Made by a program: the position numbers and the translations under genes. A DNA stretch of 64,000 nucleotides from Botryllus schlosseri (taxonomy: Eukaryota): assembly GCA_051294905.1 (NCBI GenBank), contig CM119374.1:28086001-28150000 (forward strand), written 5' to 3'. Below are positions 12,258-25,210 of this stretch, piece after piece (within the stretch, counting starts at the first letter, position 1; each line of letters starts with the position of its first letter). The notes under the pieces are model-generated. The model searched no databases. It was not told the origin of the DNA and saw only the letters and a list, made by a program, of their open reading frames with translations.

Positions 12258-13175
12258 CTTGATTTACTGGTACCTCTGTCGCATATAGAGCTGGGCAAAG
12301 TCTAGGACACGAGGGATTCGATTCTGAGTCGAGTATTAAGGCTTCGAGTCAGTGGAGTAAACGAATATCACTTGTGACATCATAACAGTATGAATGATGA
12401 GGAAAGTTCAAACATGTACATTTTATGCGACCACAAAGAATATTAATACCTGTTCTACATCACATTAAAAATTAATCGGTATATTTTACCACTATGCGTA
12501 TTTCATCGGCCGATCACAGATATGTATTTCCACTAACGTGCATGGCTTTGTACTACATGTTTCGTATGATGTGATACAACCAATCGGGATTTAAAGCTTG
12601 CCACAGTGGAAACAGTATCGAATCATTATGCCCAGCCACATTCACACATAACCTTACCGAATATCGTGATTTGGCTGTGTTCCGGATTACTGCTCGTATA
12701 CTGGTGACCCGCAAATGTGTAGTAAAAGTTTCTGTGTATTTATTCCAAATATAAAAAAAATTGAGGCATTTGCGTGCGCTGTTTACTCGTTGACGATATT
12801 TATGAGCAGTTGCTATGTGAAACATGAACTTTCTATTGGATATTGGATCACCATTTATTGGGTTATCAAGTTACGTGTCGTAAGTGGAGTTGGTCAGAAG
12901 TATTTTGTCTCTGGATACTCAGGCAGTTCGCCTCAGATTATATAATGACCTCAGCTAGTATATGCAACTCATGAAATTTTTGTCAAGTACGAAATATCGT
13001 GTCAATGAATTTGTGAGGTATCGTCGAATCGCCAGATGTTCTTACTCAGTAACGAAGTACGGTACTTCTACTGTTCCGGAGTGCTGAAATATAGCCTACT
13101 TACTCGAGTGTTCGTGTTTTTAACTCGTTTCATTGATTCGTTTAAAGTTGTTTTGGGGTTGTTGTTGTTGAGGTG

Positions 13176-14446
13176 CACAGGTAGTCTAGAAGGCTACTCA
13201 AGTAGAAGTAGCGACGAAAAAATCTACTCAAGTACGAGTAGCAGTACTTACATAAGCAAAATAAAACTACTTGAAGTAGAAGTAGAATTGACTGACTCTA
13301 AATCTACTCAAGTAAGTAAGTAGTTGTGAAAACGATTGCAATTCGTTCGCATGGACTGTCAAAAGCTGCAAATGGAGCTATGCGGAAGGTATAGAGAGCT
13401 TGATTCATAGGCCTATTGATGCATCCCAGGAGGTGTCAATTTTTGACATAATAAGCAGTCGTCCACATCATGGGATGAAAATTACAGCATTGATATGGAA
13501 ATGCGATACTAATCCTTTGTTTACTCGAACACCCCATCTAGAGAATATCGTGGCATGGCACCCTCCCCCATATTATAAGGCCCCTAGTTCAGTCGAAGAG
13601 TAATACAGAGAAGTTGTTTCGGACACGGCTTCAACTCTTTGCGCGATTAGTATACGTTAATTAAAAATATGTCAGACCGTAAAAATGTCATATAGTGTAC
13701 AACTTTATTTTCAAAAATATATTGCATTACTACACTTTCTTTTATATTTCAATATGTATGTTCTCCAGACAAAAGAACTGAAACTATAATTAGAACTCAA
13801 CGTATAACGCTCGCAATTGAAATAAAAATAGTAATACTACTTTCAAAAAGCGGGAAATATATTTCATCTCTTTTGAGCAGAATGTCTCAACGGTGGTCTG
13901 CTAAAACAGGTCTAACGCAGTTGAAAAAAGTCATAGTCCAATTTTCCAGATTAGGACACGTCATGGGCTGCTAGGTTTATCAGGTAATTGCTAGATTGCG
14001 AAACGGTAGTTTCAGACGTTATGGGGGCGGTACTTACTGTGATTAAATTTTCGTATGGGCGACAATGCGGTGTGAACGGAACCACGCAACCCGGTATCTA
14101 AATCATATTCAGCGATGCTTTCGTTGAAACATATTTGCCACTCCAAATCTACTGTGCGCGAAGCGCAACTAAAATTCTGGGTATTGCATGACTTTTATGA
14201 AAATTAAATGTTGGTACTACGTGAAAACAGCCCCGAAAATCCTTCGCCTGTCTTTCTTATCCCGGGATTAAACTACTTCTACTTGACAAACTGAAAATAG
14301 CGAAAAGTAAGTAAGTAGTTCCCAGAATATTACGAAGTAGAAATAGAAGTAGTGAAAAAAGATCTACTCGAGTAAGTACCAGAAGTAGATGAAAACTACC
14401 TGAGTACTTCGAAAAAGTAGAAGTACTTCGTTACTGACCACCTCTG
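13176..14446. mobile_element. hAT-type non-autonomous element with AGTAG/CTACT-rich subterminal repeats
   Basis: Termini CACAGGTAGTC / GACCACCTCTG; perfect 8-bp TSD TTGAGGTG at 13168-13175 and 14447-14454. Related fragments at about 1280-1380, 2670-3110, 13033-13130 and 40190-40270. Confidence 0.75.
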
Positions 14447-14464
14447 TTGAGGTGTATTTTCGAC

Positions 14465-15060
14465 TACATAGTCATTTACACCAGGCCGATATTCATTATT
14501 ATGTTACGTATCTGTAGCACGGCCCACTTCTAGACATCGCTCACGCAGATAAGATGGCGATCCCCTTCAGAAGGATTTGGCCTTCTTTTTCAAGAGACTG
14601 AAAATGTCCTCAGAGTAGCCTACGCCCAAATGTCCCCCTTTTTGGCAATTCGGTCTCCTTTATAGCTTTGACTCCAGGCGAACTGAAAAACGCAATAAAT
14701 GACGCGAAATCTGGATTACGACGTCAGTGACGGTAAGGACGAGTACAAAATGACCTTAAGGGGAGACTGTCGCGAGTCGAGTTGGTAAAATGACCCTTTT
14801 TTAGTCAACACAACGGTATTTCCAGTTAAAATTTCCAAGTTGCCCGTATTTTCGCCCGATTTTATAAGTCTTGCGATTTGCAAAAAGTATTCCAGGTCCC
14901 AAAACATGGTAATCTTAGCGAGGAGCCTAGATAAACCACCAACTGTCCATCACATGGAAAGGCGTTCTGGAGGTAGCGTATGTGGTGAGCGTCGTGGCGC
15001 CATCCACGCAGGCGGCCCGTGCTTATAAGTCCGGCCGTTATGCTAAGCTACTCGTCCCTC
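14465..15060 (+). repeat. Interspersed repeat (CTATGGTCATTTACACCAGGCCGA...GAGCCTAGATAAACC), split by a TAGGGTTACCAT-family MITE at about 14550-14910
   Basis: Similar copies at about 41725-41840 and 55520-55680; the 55520 copy joins the two halves that are separated here. Confidence 0.55.
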
Positions 15061-15254
15061 GTCCCCCGTGCCGCTTGTTCTTGCGGCGACAAAAAAAAAC
15101 AGAAAAAAACAAGAAATAGCTTCTAAAAGAACCGACGAAGAAAAATTAAAAGGAAATAGCAAAAATGTCATCAACCAACGTCATGTTATTGTTTCGCCCT
15201 TGGCTCTGATGGGAAAATGGTCAACATACTGTCGGCCAAATTTCGACATCAGGG

Positions 15255-17330
15255 TAGGGATTAGGGATGGTGTGAACCTCTGAAAGGTTCAGGTTCGTGT
15301 GAACGCGAACCTTTTTGAAAGGTTCTGTGTGAACGCGAACGTGAACCTCATGACGTCACGTGACGTCATATTGCTAATTCCAACCCTATCTTTTAATGAA
15401 ATGATAACCTAAATTAATGTACACGACACCTATAGCGACGACTCTGGCCACATAATGCCACAATGCTGAAGTACATATTGGCGTTTCAAACGTCGCTGAA
15501 TGTATCAACCGCGGTAATCAAAGGATATAATAATCCCATAAAATCAATACATTCCGTCGCTTTGCCAACAATTTCGACGAGGACTTACCGGGCAATATAA
15601 GCTTACTCCTTAACGGTCTTGGCCAGACCGGACAATGTATTCGGACTTCGGAGTCTGAGTATTGCTGCATTGACATTCAGCAGAGTGCAAAACGGGTTTC
15701 TATACTGTTTGTCGATACCACAAACAACAACAAGTTATACATCAGTAGCCAACACCTTAATCGCACGGATTTGGTTTTAATGATTCAGTAAAGATATGAA
15801 GTCAAGATTGACCCCGTACGCCTGCTAGATTTTTTACATCAGAAAACGATATCAATGTCCTTGATTGGTTGAATAAGCATCATTCGCTGACTACGCATTT
15901 CGCTCGTGATGTAGTGTGATTGCGGGTAGGGATGGTGTGAACGTGAGGTTCACGTTCGTGTTCTGTGTGTGAACTGCAGAAATTTAGAGGTTCACGTTCA
16001 CAAACGAACCGTGGTAGGTTCTGGACTGTGAACCTTTTTCATAGATTATCATTTTACACGTCATTATAACATCTTTCGTTGAAATTCTTTGCATTTCAAC
16101 TTCGCACCATTCTATGCATGGCGATGACAGGATAAAAATAAACATCACCAAACGGGCATGTACCCGCCAATCTCAAACATTTTACTTGTTATGTTACAAA
16201 AGTTTGCTCGAAATATCCAGCTTTCCGTTTGTAAGTATTTAGTGATTCCCTGCTGTGAGTTTGACCCGCAATCACACAACATCAAGAGCGAAATACAGTA
16301 CTTGAAGCGTGTATATAGGTAATTGGCGAATGATGCTTATTCAACCAATCAATGAAATTGATGTCGTTGTATGATATAAAAATCTAACAGGCCTATCGGG
16401 TCAATCTTGATTTCATATGTTTATTGTATCATAAAAAAAAACAAATCCGTGCGATTGGGGTGTTGGCTACTGCTGTATAAATTTTTAATAGGGTAATGTC
16501 GGTAGCAAGTACAGAAACCCGTTTTACATTCCGCTCAATATCAAGCAATAGCAATACTCAGACGCCGAATACATTGTACGGTCTGGCCTATACCGTTGGG
16601 GCGTATATTTTAGGCTTACCATATTTTGGAAATCTAAAAAGAGGACGCAAAACCGGAGGAGAATTCTCAAAGATCGGTAAATTTTTCCCACTTCGTGATC
16701 GGTTGACTAAAAAAAGGGCAACTTTCCGCTCAGATCTCAAAATACCGTTTTCTTCGCCACATTGCTAGGTGGAGGACTAAAAATAAAAATAAAAAAAAAA
16801 GGTCAACTTTTCGCTCAGGGCTCAAATCATCGCTTTACACTCCGAAATACCCACCGGAGCGTCACTTCTGTGCTAATTTACGGCATATCACTCGCATTTT
16901 GCTCTAAATGTGACCTCAATTTTCAAAAAAGAGGACAAAAGGCCGTCCTCCGAGGACACTTTCAAAAAAGTCAAAAAAGAGGACAAATCCTCTTAAAAGA
17001 GGACGTATGGTAACCCTAGTATATTCTCTCTTAAGTCGTCGTCTAAATTGTTGGCAAAGCGACGAATGATATTGATTTCATGGGACTATTATATCATTTG
17101 ATTGCCCCAGTTGATACATTTGGCATCTTTTAAAACGTCAAAATGTACTTCAGCATTGTGGCATTATGTGGTCAATAATATAAGCTATCACTTCACTGAA
17201 ATGTAGGGATGGAATCAGCAATATGACGTCACGTGACGTCATGAGGTTCACGTTCGCGTTCACACAGAACCTTTCAAAAAGGTTCGCGTTCACACGAACC
17301 TGAACCTTTCAGAGGTTCACACCATCCCTA
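15255..17330. mobile_element. Large foldback hAT-type element (TAGGGATGGTGTGAAC termini)
   Basis: Near-identical TIRs of about 120 bp; perfect TSD CATCAGGG (15247-15254, 17331-17338); inner arms 15380-15925 and 16265-17200 are diverged inverted copies. Confidence 0.85.
16611..17018. mobile_element. TAGGGTTACCAT-family hAT MITE nested in the right arm of the 15255-17330 foldback
   Basis: TAGGCTTACCAT...ATGGTAACCCTA termini; TSD GTATATTT/GTATATTC. Confidence 0.8.
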
Positions 17331-20201
17331 CATCAGGGTCGAATTGCCCGAGTCACGACCTTTTGTTTAGTTTTCGTGTTCCCAAATGCTGTTATACGTG
17401 GGCAAGTTAGCGTTCCACGGCCATTGACCGTTGAGGCCCCTCCCTTAGCCTACGTCGCTGTGCTCACAGTCCCGTTACAAGAGAGTCCAAAAAAGACCGG
17501 AACAAGGACTAATTCGAGGAAGATCATGGAAAAATCGAGGGACCCTAAAAAAGAAAGATAAAGATCGAACTGTTCTACATCGAGCATTAAGCTGAGGTGG
17601 ATGCTAGGTCGTTTCGAAATTCTCCTATCTGTTAATTACATTGCATTGTATATTTTGTGCCCTGAGGGTGTACAAATAATAGAACCACCGACAATGCCAC
17701 AGCCAAAGTTTGGATTACTTTTCCACATTTTCAAGCGCGATGCGCGGCACCCTAGAGCACTGAGCAGTCTTATCGGCACACCGGTTGAGAACCACTGGAT
17801 TAGTGCAACGTGGTCCCGCATATCTACGCGCTGCCCCTCGCTGAAGTATTATGATCGAAAACATAGTTTTCGGGTCAACATTGCGACTCTCAGATGCATC
17901 AATGGCTAAATATACGTTCAAATATCATATGTTCCCTTGTATAATTTAATTATACATGGACAATTGGACAAATAGAACTAACAACGTGACTAACTCACGC
18001 ACTAGCTGTGCTTGGTCCTCTAGAGTTGCACCAACTATATTTGTAGACATGAATCATTAATAGACGACTTATATTAAATCGTATATGCGCTCAAGTCTCG
18101 TCGCTCCAAGTAAACATTGAGTCTACACTTTTTCTGCAAAGTCCCGAGAATAGCACAGTAAGCTAATTAGGGCTACTTCGTGGGGTTGAATGATTGTTTG
18201 GGTTGCATTGCGGGACAGCTAGAGCCTGCATACCACAGATTTTGGTAGTTTTGTATATTTGTCTTGATGCATTTAGCAGGTTGTCTCTGATAACTGCAAC
18301 TTGGGAACTCAGTTCAGCGTGCAACTGCAGCAACGTACCGTAGCCTACGGTATACAATACACTTTATACAGCAGTGTACCGAATCTCCCGCCGTCTGAAA
18401 TGTATAGTTCAGGTGTTCCAAAATGCTGGTTTGAATATGGAGCGATCGAAGCGGAAATAAAATCATGATATATACTGAAACGTGGCTAACGTGCAACTGT
18501 TCGTCCATTATCGCTCACGGGAAATTGAGTTTAGGTATATAGTACTCCGTTATTGTGAAATTATTCTCCAAAACCTCGATATCGTCCGCGGATTGTTTGG
18601 ACATCTAGGCTATATTATGAAGAAATCGCTTGGTCTGCAATCAACGAGGTTTGCTACAGCTGAACGGTTACGTTATGCAAACACTGATTCAAACCGGCGA
18701 GATATTGCACGACTTCGCGACATAGTCTGCCGATAATTCAGTCGTCACCTGTTCTGTTCCACGACAGGTTGAGTGGCAGTGTGCAATGTGCATAGCACAG
18801 GCTAATAACTTATTACTGGTGATCGAGCATGACTTTAGTCGGATATAGCCTAAACTGGTCAGTCAGCGTTTTCCCTCCATAGATTCAATGAAGGTTATCA
18901 CTTCCTGAGCAGCTATAAGCGAAGATACAGGCGAAACAAGTTTATATATGCCGGTTTGATCGAATACGATGGTATCAGTATCAGTTCTATTAAGAATTCT
19001 ATAATTTCAAAACAACACCCACAAGACTGCGATACAATGAAAAGATAGGAAGGTGTCGAAACGACTTGGAGTAGCCTTTGAAATCAGTCCCCCTCCTGGG
19101 CTTGGCGATATAAATAATCAATTAATCATACACACCGGACGGAAAGAAATAAGGGATAACATAAAATGACTAGTGAGGAAAATGACTGACGCATTTGTCG
19201 ATATGTCGGATCAAGGTCCGGTAATCTTAATGGGTGATTTTGATTAGTATTAATTCATTCGCTTATGCAGTCGCTGAGATTAAAAAGTAGGGTAAGGCTA
19301 CATCTGAATAACTTGATTCGAAAGTGGCAATATTCTGGTGTAAGCGACTGAAATGAATTGGGAATAGGGCCTGCACAGTTGTACTTTTGGCTACGATTGG
19401 CTGGTAATGGAAAATTTGGGTACCAGGCATATATCTTGAAATCATCTGTCAGTATATCTATCCTGGAACCTGTCACAAATATCTTTACTGCCCGCGTCTG
19501 TTATGAATGGGATTGTAGGGCTACGTCGTATCAAATCGCCAACACAGGAAGAGCTCTACGATGAATTAGGATTGATGAGGCGGAACGCTTATGGTACAAA
19601 GTGACGTTCACGTTACTTTCGCAAAACTGATTGCCATAGTAGCTTGGTGATCACGAAGTCATCGGCGTTGCTTATCAGCTAGAAGTAGAAGCAAGGCCGT
19701 GAATTTCTACTCAATTGCAAGTAAATGTATCCGTTTTCGATATCTGTCAAAACTGCTTTAAGTGGAAGTACAAAATTATTTCAAAAAGTAAATTTGGTCG
19801 ATGGGTCACATGCTTTCTACAGTTAATCTGAGGTGGCCGATTTCGAAACAGTCGACTTATCTCTGCCACTAACGCAAAATGACCAACGAAACTACAAATA
19901 TGTGCAGGTGCAAGTGTCCGTGGTTGTTCTGACTCGAGTCGCAATTTGTCGTTGACTCGACTTGTACTCTCGAGTCATTGATCATGACTCGACACATACT
20001 ATACGACGTATTCAAGTCTCGTATATCAGGACCGATAATATGAAAAATTGGCCCAGAAACTGTTGGACTAAACATGCTTAGAGTGAAAAAATGAGTAGGC
20101 CTATATATTATGAAACCGATGCCTTCGATATCACCCAAGAGTTTCACGGAGTGCTGAGTTGAACCTGACTTGATCTCGATACTTGATAGCAAATACTATG
20201 A

Positions 20202-20885
20202 AAGTGGCTCTCAACCTTTTTGTCTTCTCGGACCCCTTTTGGTGCGTCACGGACCCCCAAAGATTTAGTTAAAATTTATCTCTATTATTGTGCAACCGGC
20301 ATCGGTCCTGTGCAAATACCTGCTGTATAGACTATAGTGATAAACATCAACAGAATGACGATTCTCGAAAATAACATCATAACCTACTATTTATGTAGAA
20401 ATTTGGAAGACTTTTATTAATTCAAAGCGAATTCTGCAGCTAAATTTCTTGAGATGCGCGCCGTCTAGTTGATATTAACGAGTGGCGAAAATTCATTTCC
20501 ACAAAGATAATAGGTAGGTGGCGGCGACTGTAATAATTACGCGTAACGCTTCCGACGACACCTTTTGGTATGTTCGCAACATATGTGGAACCAAAATTGA
20601 GAAACATTTTTTTTGTGAACATAACGTCCACTTTAGTCATTTCTATCCATCCAGCAGCTCATCTTATTGTTATACTGGAATAGCGGTTATGATATCTCAG
20701 GAGAAATGGATTTTTGCAAACAAATTTTATCCAAAAGCCCAACAAAACATCTCTAAACAGCGATATGTTTGTATTAACAGGATATATCCAAAAGAATACA
20801 AGTTAGGTTATCAACCATTTTGCAAATTTGGAGGTTTCGCGGACCCCCTGAAAATGTTTCGCGGACCCCTGGTTGAGAACCACGG
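20202..20885. mobile_element. CAGTGGTTCTCAAC-type (Buster/Charlie-like) MITE inserted into a GACTC-family repeat (about 19900-21240)
   Basis: Ends (c)AGTGGCTCTCAACC / GGTTGAGAACCACGG; TSD TACTATGA/CACTATGA. Confidence 0.7.
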
Positions 20886-21579
20886 CACTATGACTTGGAC
20901 TCGGCCCCGTTACTCCCTGACGAGGACTTGACTCGGTGGTGAATTGAAAATGACTTGACTTAACTCGAGTCACAACTATAAAAGTAGAATTGACTTGTGA
21001 CTTGGTTTCAACTCTGCAATTTCCCGTAACTGTAACGTAACTGTAATGTCAATTTCACTCATTATATAATGATGCAAGCATATCCCAAACAACGTTCGAC
21101 TTTGCAAAATCCGAACTGCATAATTTAAGTAGTTTTTACTCTTACTGTTTAGAGTCCGAGTCAATTCGAGTCATTGTCAACTCACCACCGAGTCAAGTAC
21201 AAGTCACAGTCTTAAGAGTCCGAGTCCAAGTCATAGCGTTCACTATTACTTATCGAATTCAAGTCAGGTTCAAATCATTTTTTTACTCGCTTGGAGGGGG
21301 GGGCATCGAAGGCCCCGCATTTATAATATACTAATTTTTCTCACTGTTCAATGAACAAGAACAGTGTTCATTCAAACTGATAAAAGACATTTTCTGTGCC
21401 TATTTTTCAAGTATCGGTTCTGATACACGAGACTTCAATCCAGTCACGGAGAATGTCTCGAGCCACGTGACTTGAGTACTTGAATAAGGTGGAAGTATAC
21501 GTCGTTGCTGACAACCTCTGACTTATTGGTTACTGTTAGCTTTCTGACTTGGTGACTATTCGTAACTTTAACCGACAAG

Positions 21580-24500
21580 ATGCCTGCTCAAGCGCGACTG
21601 GGCGATAACCCGGTCGTCGAAACAAAATGCGGGAAACTGCGAGGATTTGTCAGCAGGATCGAAGATGATTCGGCAAAACCTGTGTATAATTTCCTGAACG
21701 TTCCCTTTGGAAAACCTCCCACGGGCAACAGGCGTTTTCTGCCACCAGAAAGGTACGTACGCGCGAATACATTTGCCAGCAGCTGCAATTGAATGGTATA
21801 TTCACATTGAAATAAACTCGAATATTTCCGGCTGACACTCATCAGGGGTGTATCAACAGTCGTATCACCAAATATGACGTCACCGGCTTGAAAGTTGGTG
21901 TAATCGAATACGTCATTCTGTAATTTATTCTTTTACTGTTCTTTTAAATTCTGTCCTATTGCTGACGATTATCCATGTGTACGAGTGTCAGCCGAAGATA
22001 TTCGGGTATATTTCACTGGGATATCTACCCCTGACATTTCAATATCAATATTTATATGAAGTTCTGTAGCCTACATCCAAGAGTCTTCGAATATTGTTTA
22101 GAATCGACGCGTGGGATGGAGTCAGAGACGCGACAAGAAACATGCTTCACCCGATTCAGGACGCTGCTGTGGCGAAGCGTTTCGATGACGTCCTCCCGAT
22201 GAAGTTTTTCATGGGCTGCTCCTATGAGAATCAGGACGAAGACTGCTTAAACTTGAACCTATTCACTCCGTCGATAGAGAAGACGTCAAAATTACCAGTA
22301 AGTGTTGTCGTACAATGTACATGTAGAATTGTACAACTAGAAAAGTTTCAGCTTTTCCAAATTAGATTAGTATTTGAATTATTGAATTCGAAAAAAATTG
22401 GAAATTGAATCCAATTCCGAATCATAAAGAATAAAGCTCAGTTCATATCAAATCAGATTTCATTGTCATAATCATGAGAATAGAGAATGCCTGCACACCA
22501 AGCTTGGCTCGTTTCGCACATTTCACAAATTAGATTACCGGCGTTTCACTCTGATTAGTCTAATTGGACGACTGAAATTATCTATGATTGTCCAAGATGC
22601 ATATGTGATATTTTCGTAACAATCTCATAAACTCGCAGGTACTGCTATGGATTGTTGGCGGAGGCTTTATGCGCGGCAGCGCGTGCGCGTTCGACGGCGG
22701 GCCTTTATGTGGGCTCAATGACGTCATAGTGGTGTCGCCCAACTACAGAGTGAATGCGTTCGGATTTTTATCGCTTGGGAAAGGAACAAAATGTCCGGGC
22801 AACAACGGTGTTTTAGATGTGATACTTGCTCTCAAGTAAGTATTCGTGAGGGGATGGTCAAAGTATTCAGCGATTCTATCTGCGTATAAGTATAAGTGCT
22901 GCTTTACATTTATGCATTCATATGGGCACAATGATTCGAGTAAGCCCATCCTAATAGAATATTAATTGTTAATAACAATTTGTTATGTTTCGAGTCGAGT
23001 TTTTTCGAGAATTGAAACTATACGTCCCCTTTCACTAAGAGTTATATTCAACTGGAATTATAGTTTCGATACATTTTCACGAGGAAGATTTGAGACCTCG
23101 ATTAGTCGTAAAACAACATCCAAAATATGTAATACAAAGCTATATAGTGTCCATCCTCCTCTCCTATCTGTTCATGACATCGCATTGTGTCTTATCGCAT
23201 TGTATATTGTGTGTGACTTGTTCAGATGAAAAATATAACCCAACGATATTATTATTATTATAGTTTATTAATCCATTTGGAAATAGCGTTTGCCAATAAT
23301 TTTTCAGATGGGTTCAAGATAACATATCAGATTTCGGCGGAGATCCAGACAACGTTACAATATTTGGCGAAAGTGCGGGTGGGGTGATGGTTGAGCTGCT
23401 TATGATGTCTCCGCTGGCCGAGGGTTTGTTTCACAAGGGAATAGCCTTAAGCGGTAGCATACTTGCTACAGGTGAGTGCCTGGTTGGCTGTACCTACGTT
23501 TGGAAAATGCTATGAACTCTAGCTTGTACCTTGTGAGGTTGTGAAATCTAATTACGTAGACAATGTATTTGATGTATGAATATAAAGACACCTTGCCATT
23601 GCTATTAGATTATAGTTTCTCAAGCTGGGGGTAAGTTTCCTTTCATTTTGGGGCAACTGAAAACAATGGAAAACTTAACAAAAACAATCTGAAAGCAGTT
23701 AGGATTAGAAATACTGAATCAGGAATTCAGAATTCGAAAGAAATGCAACAAAAACAAGTTCAGTTCATACCAAACCGAAGTTCACACCAAGCTTGGCACG
23801 TTTCGGACTATATAGGTCTCTTGTTCTGTAGCTTTTTCAGGAAAACCGGAAATCGGAATAGAATCAAAATTAGAGCATAGAAACATTTCACAAATTAGAT
23901 TAGAATAGGAATTAAAGCAAATAAGCATTTCACAAAGTAATTTAAATTGGATTCCTTGCATTTTGCTTCAATTAGACAACTAGAATTGTCTAGCTGTCTC
24001 AGTCTGGCAATGTTGTATGATCCACAGCTACAACGACAATAGGTTGCGGTTTTTCTAAGCTTCTCTTCGCCATCTGACAGGGTTGTAACCAAGTCACAAG
24101 GCTTCGAGTCACAAGTCAATCTCACTTTTATATTTTTGACTCGAGTCAAGTCGAGTCATTTTCAATTCCCACCGAGTCAAGTCCGAGTCCAAGTCAGCGA
24201 ACAGAGGATCGAGTCCGAGTCATGGTATTATGACTCGAGTCCGAGTCCAAGTCATTGTGTTGACTGCTCAGTTTCCAGTTAAAGTATTCCTAAACCCACT
24301 TTTTTAACTCTGTTTGGTGATATTGAATGGTTCGCATTTATAATATATCAATTTTCCTCACTTTTAGCAGTTTCTGGTCGCATTTTCAAGCACCAGTACC
24401 AACAAACGAAATCCCAATAGTGTTATGGCTTCCAAATTACACTGAAATGTCGGTCTTGGCCGTCTGAATCTCGAGTCAATGACTTGCTTCGAGTCATGCG

Positions 24501-25179
24501 CAATGACTCGAGTCCAAGTCGAGTCAATACACAGATTGACTCGAGTCGAGTCGAGTCATTTCCGTATTTTGAGAAAATGACTCGAGTCGAGTCGAGTCAT
24601 CTGAAAATCGTGACTCGAGTCTGACTCGAGTCGAGTCATGACTCGAGTCATTACAACCCTGCCATCTGATCGTACAAGTCTGCCTTTATCGTGACAGCTC
24701 TTTTCGACGAGGGCAGGGTCTTGAGCGAGAAATTTCTGTTAGACCTGAACATACCGCTCGACGAAGATCCTGACGTAATACTGAAGAAATTGCAAGCGCT
24801 GTCTACCGACGAAATCGTACAGGTTCAACGACGCTACGACGTAAGACAAAGTATAAAACATATTTCATATGGTCACAAAATGCGGTACAAAACAAATGTC
24901 TTATAGCCTATTCAATAAAGATGGCTCTGAATCCAGAGTAATATGTCGATTACCACGATTTTGACATAAGTCAACGCGACTAATTGACACTGCATATAGG
25001 GCGGTAGGCCTACTGTGAATTCATGTGCGGGAAAGCGGTACGCGAAAGCAGGACTGACAGCACACGCCTGTTATATATCTCCATAAAAATCGGTATATTT
25101 GGTTCTTTTTCATCCACTGAAATAAGCGGGAAAGCTTTATCTGGTACCAAAAATGCAGTTTCATTGATTTGCACCCGAT

Positions 25180-25210
<31 letters not shown>

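Noticed and set aside
13036-13323. 95-aa Ser/Thr-rich ORF
   Set aside because: Translation of AGTAG-rich transposon subterminal repeats.
24480-24660. GACTCGAGTC arrays as a CRISPR-like array
   Set aside because: Eukaryotic context, no unique spacers of regular length, and bounded by TIRs and an 8-bp TSD.
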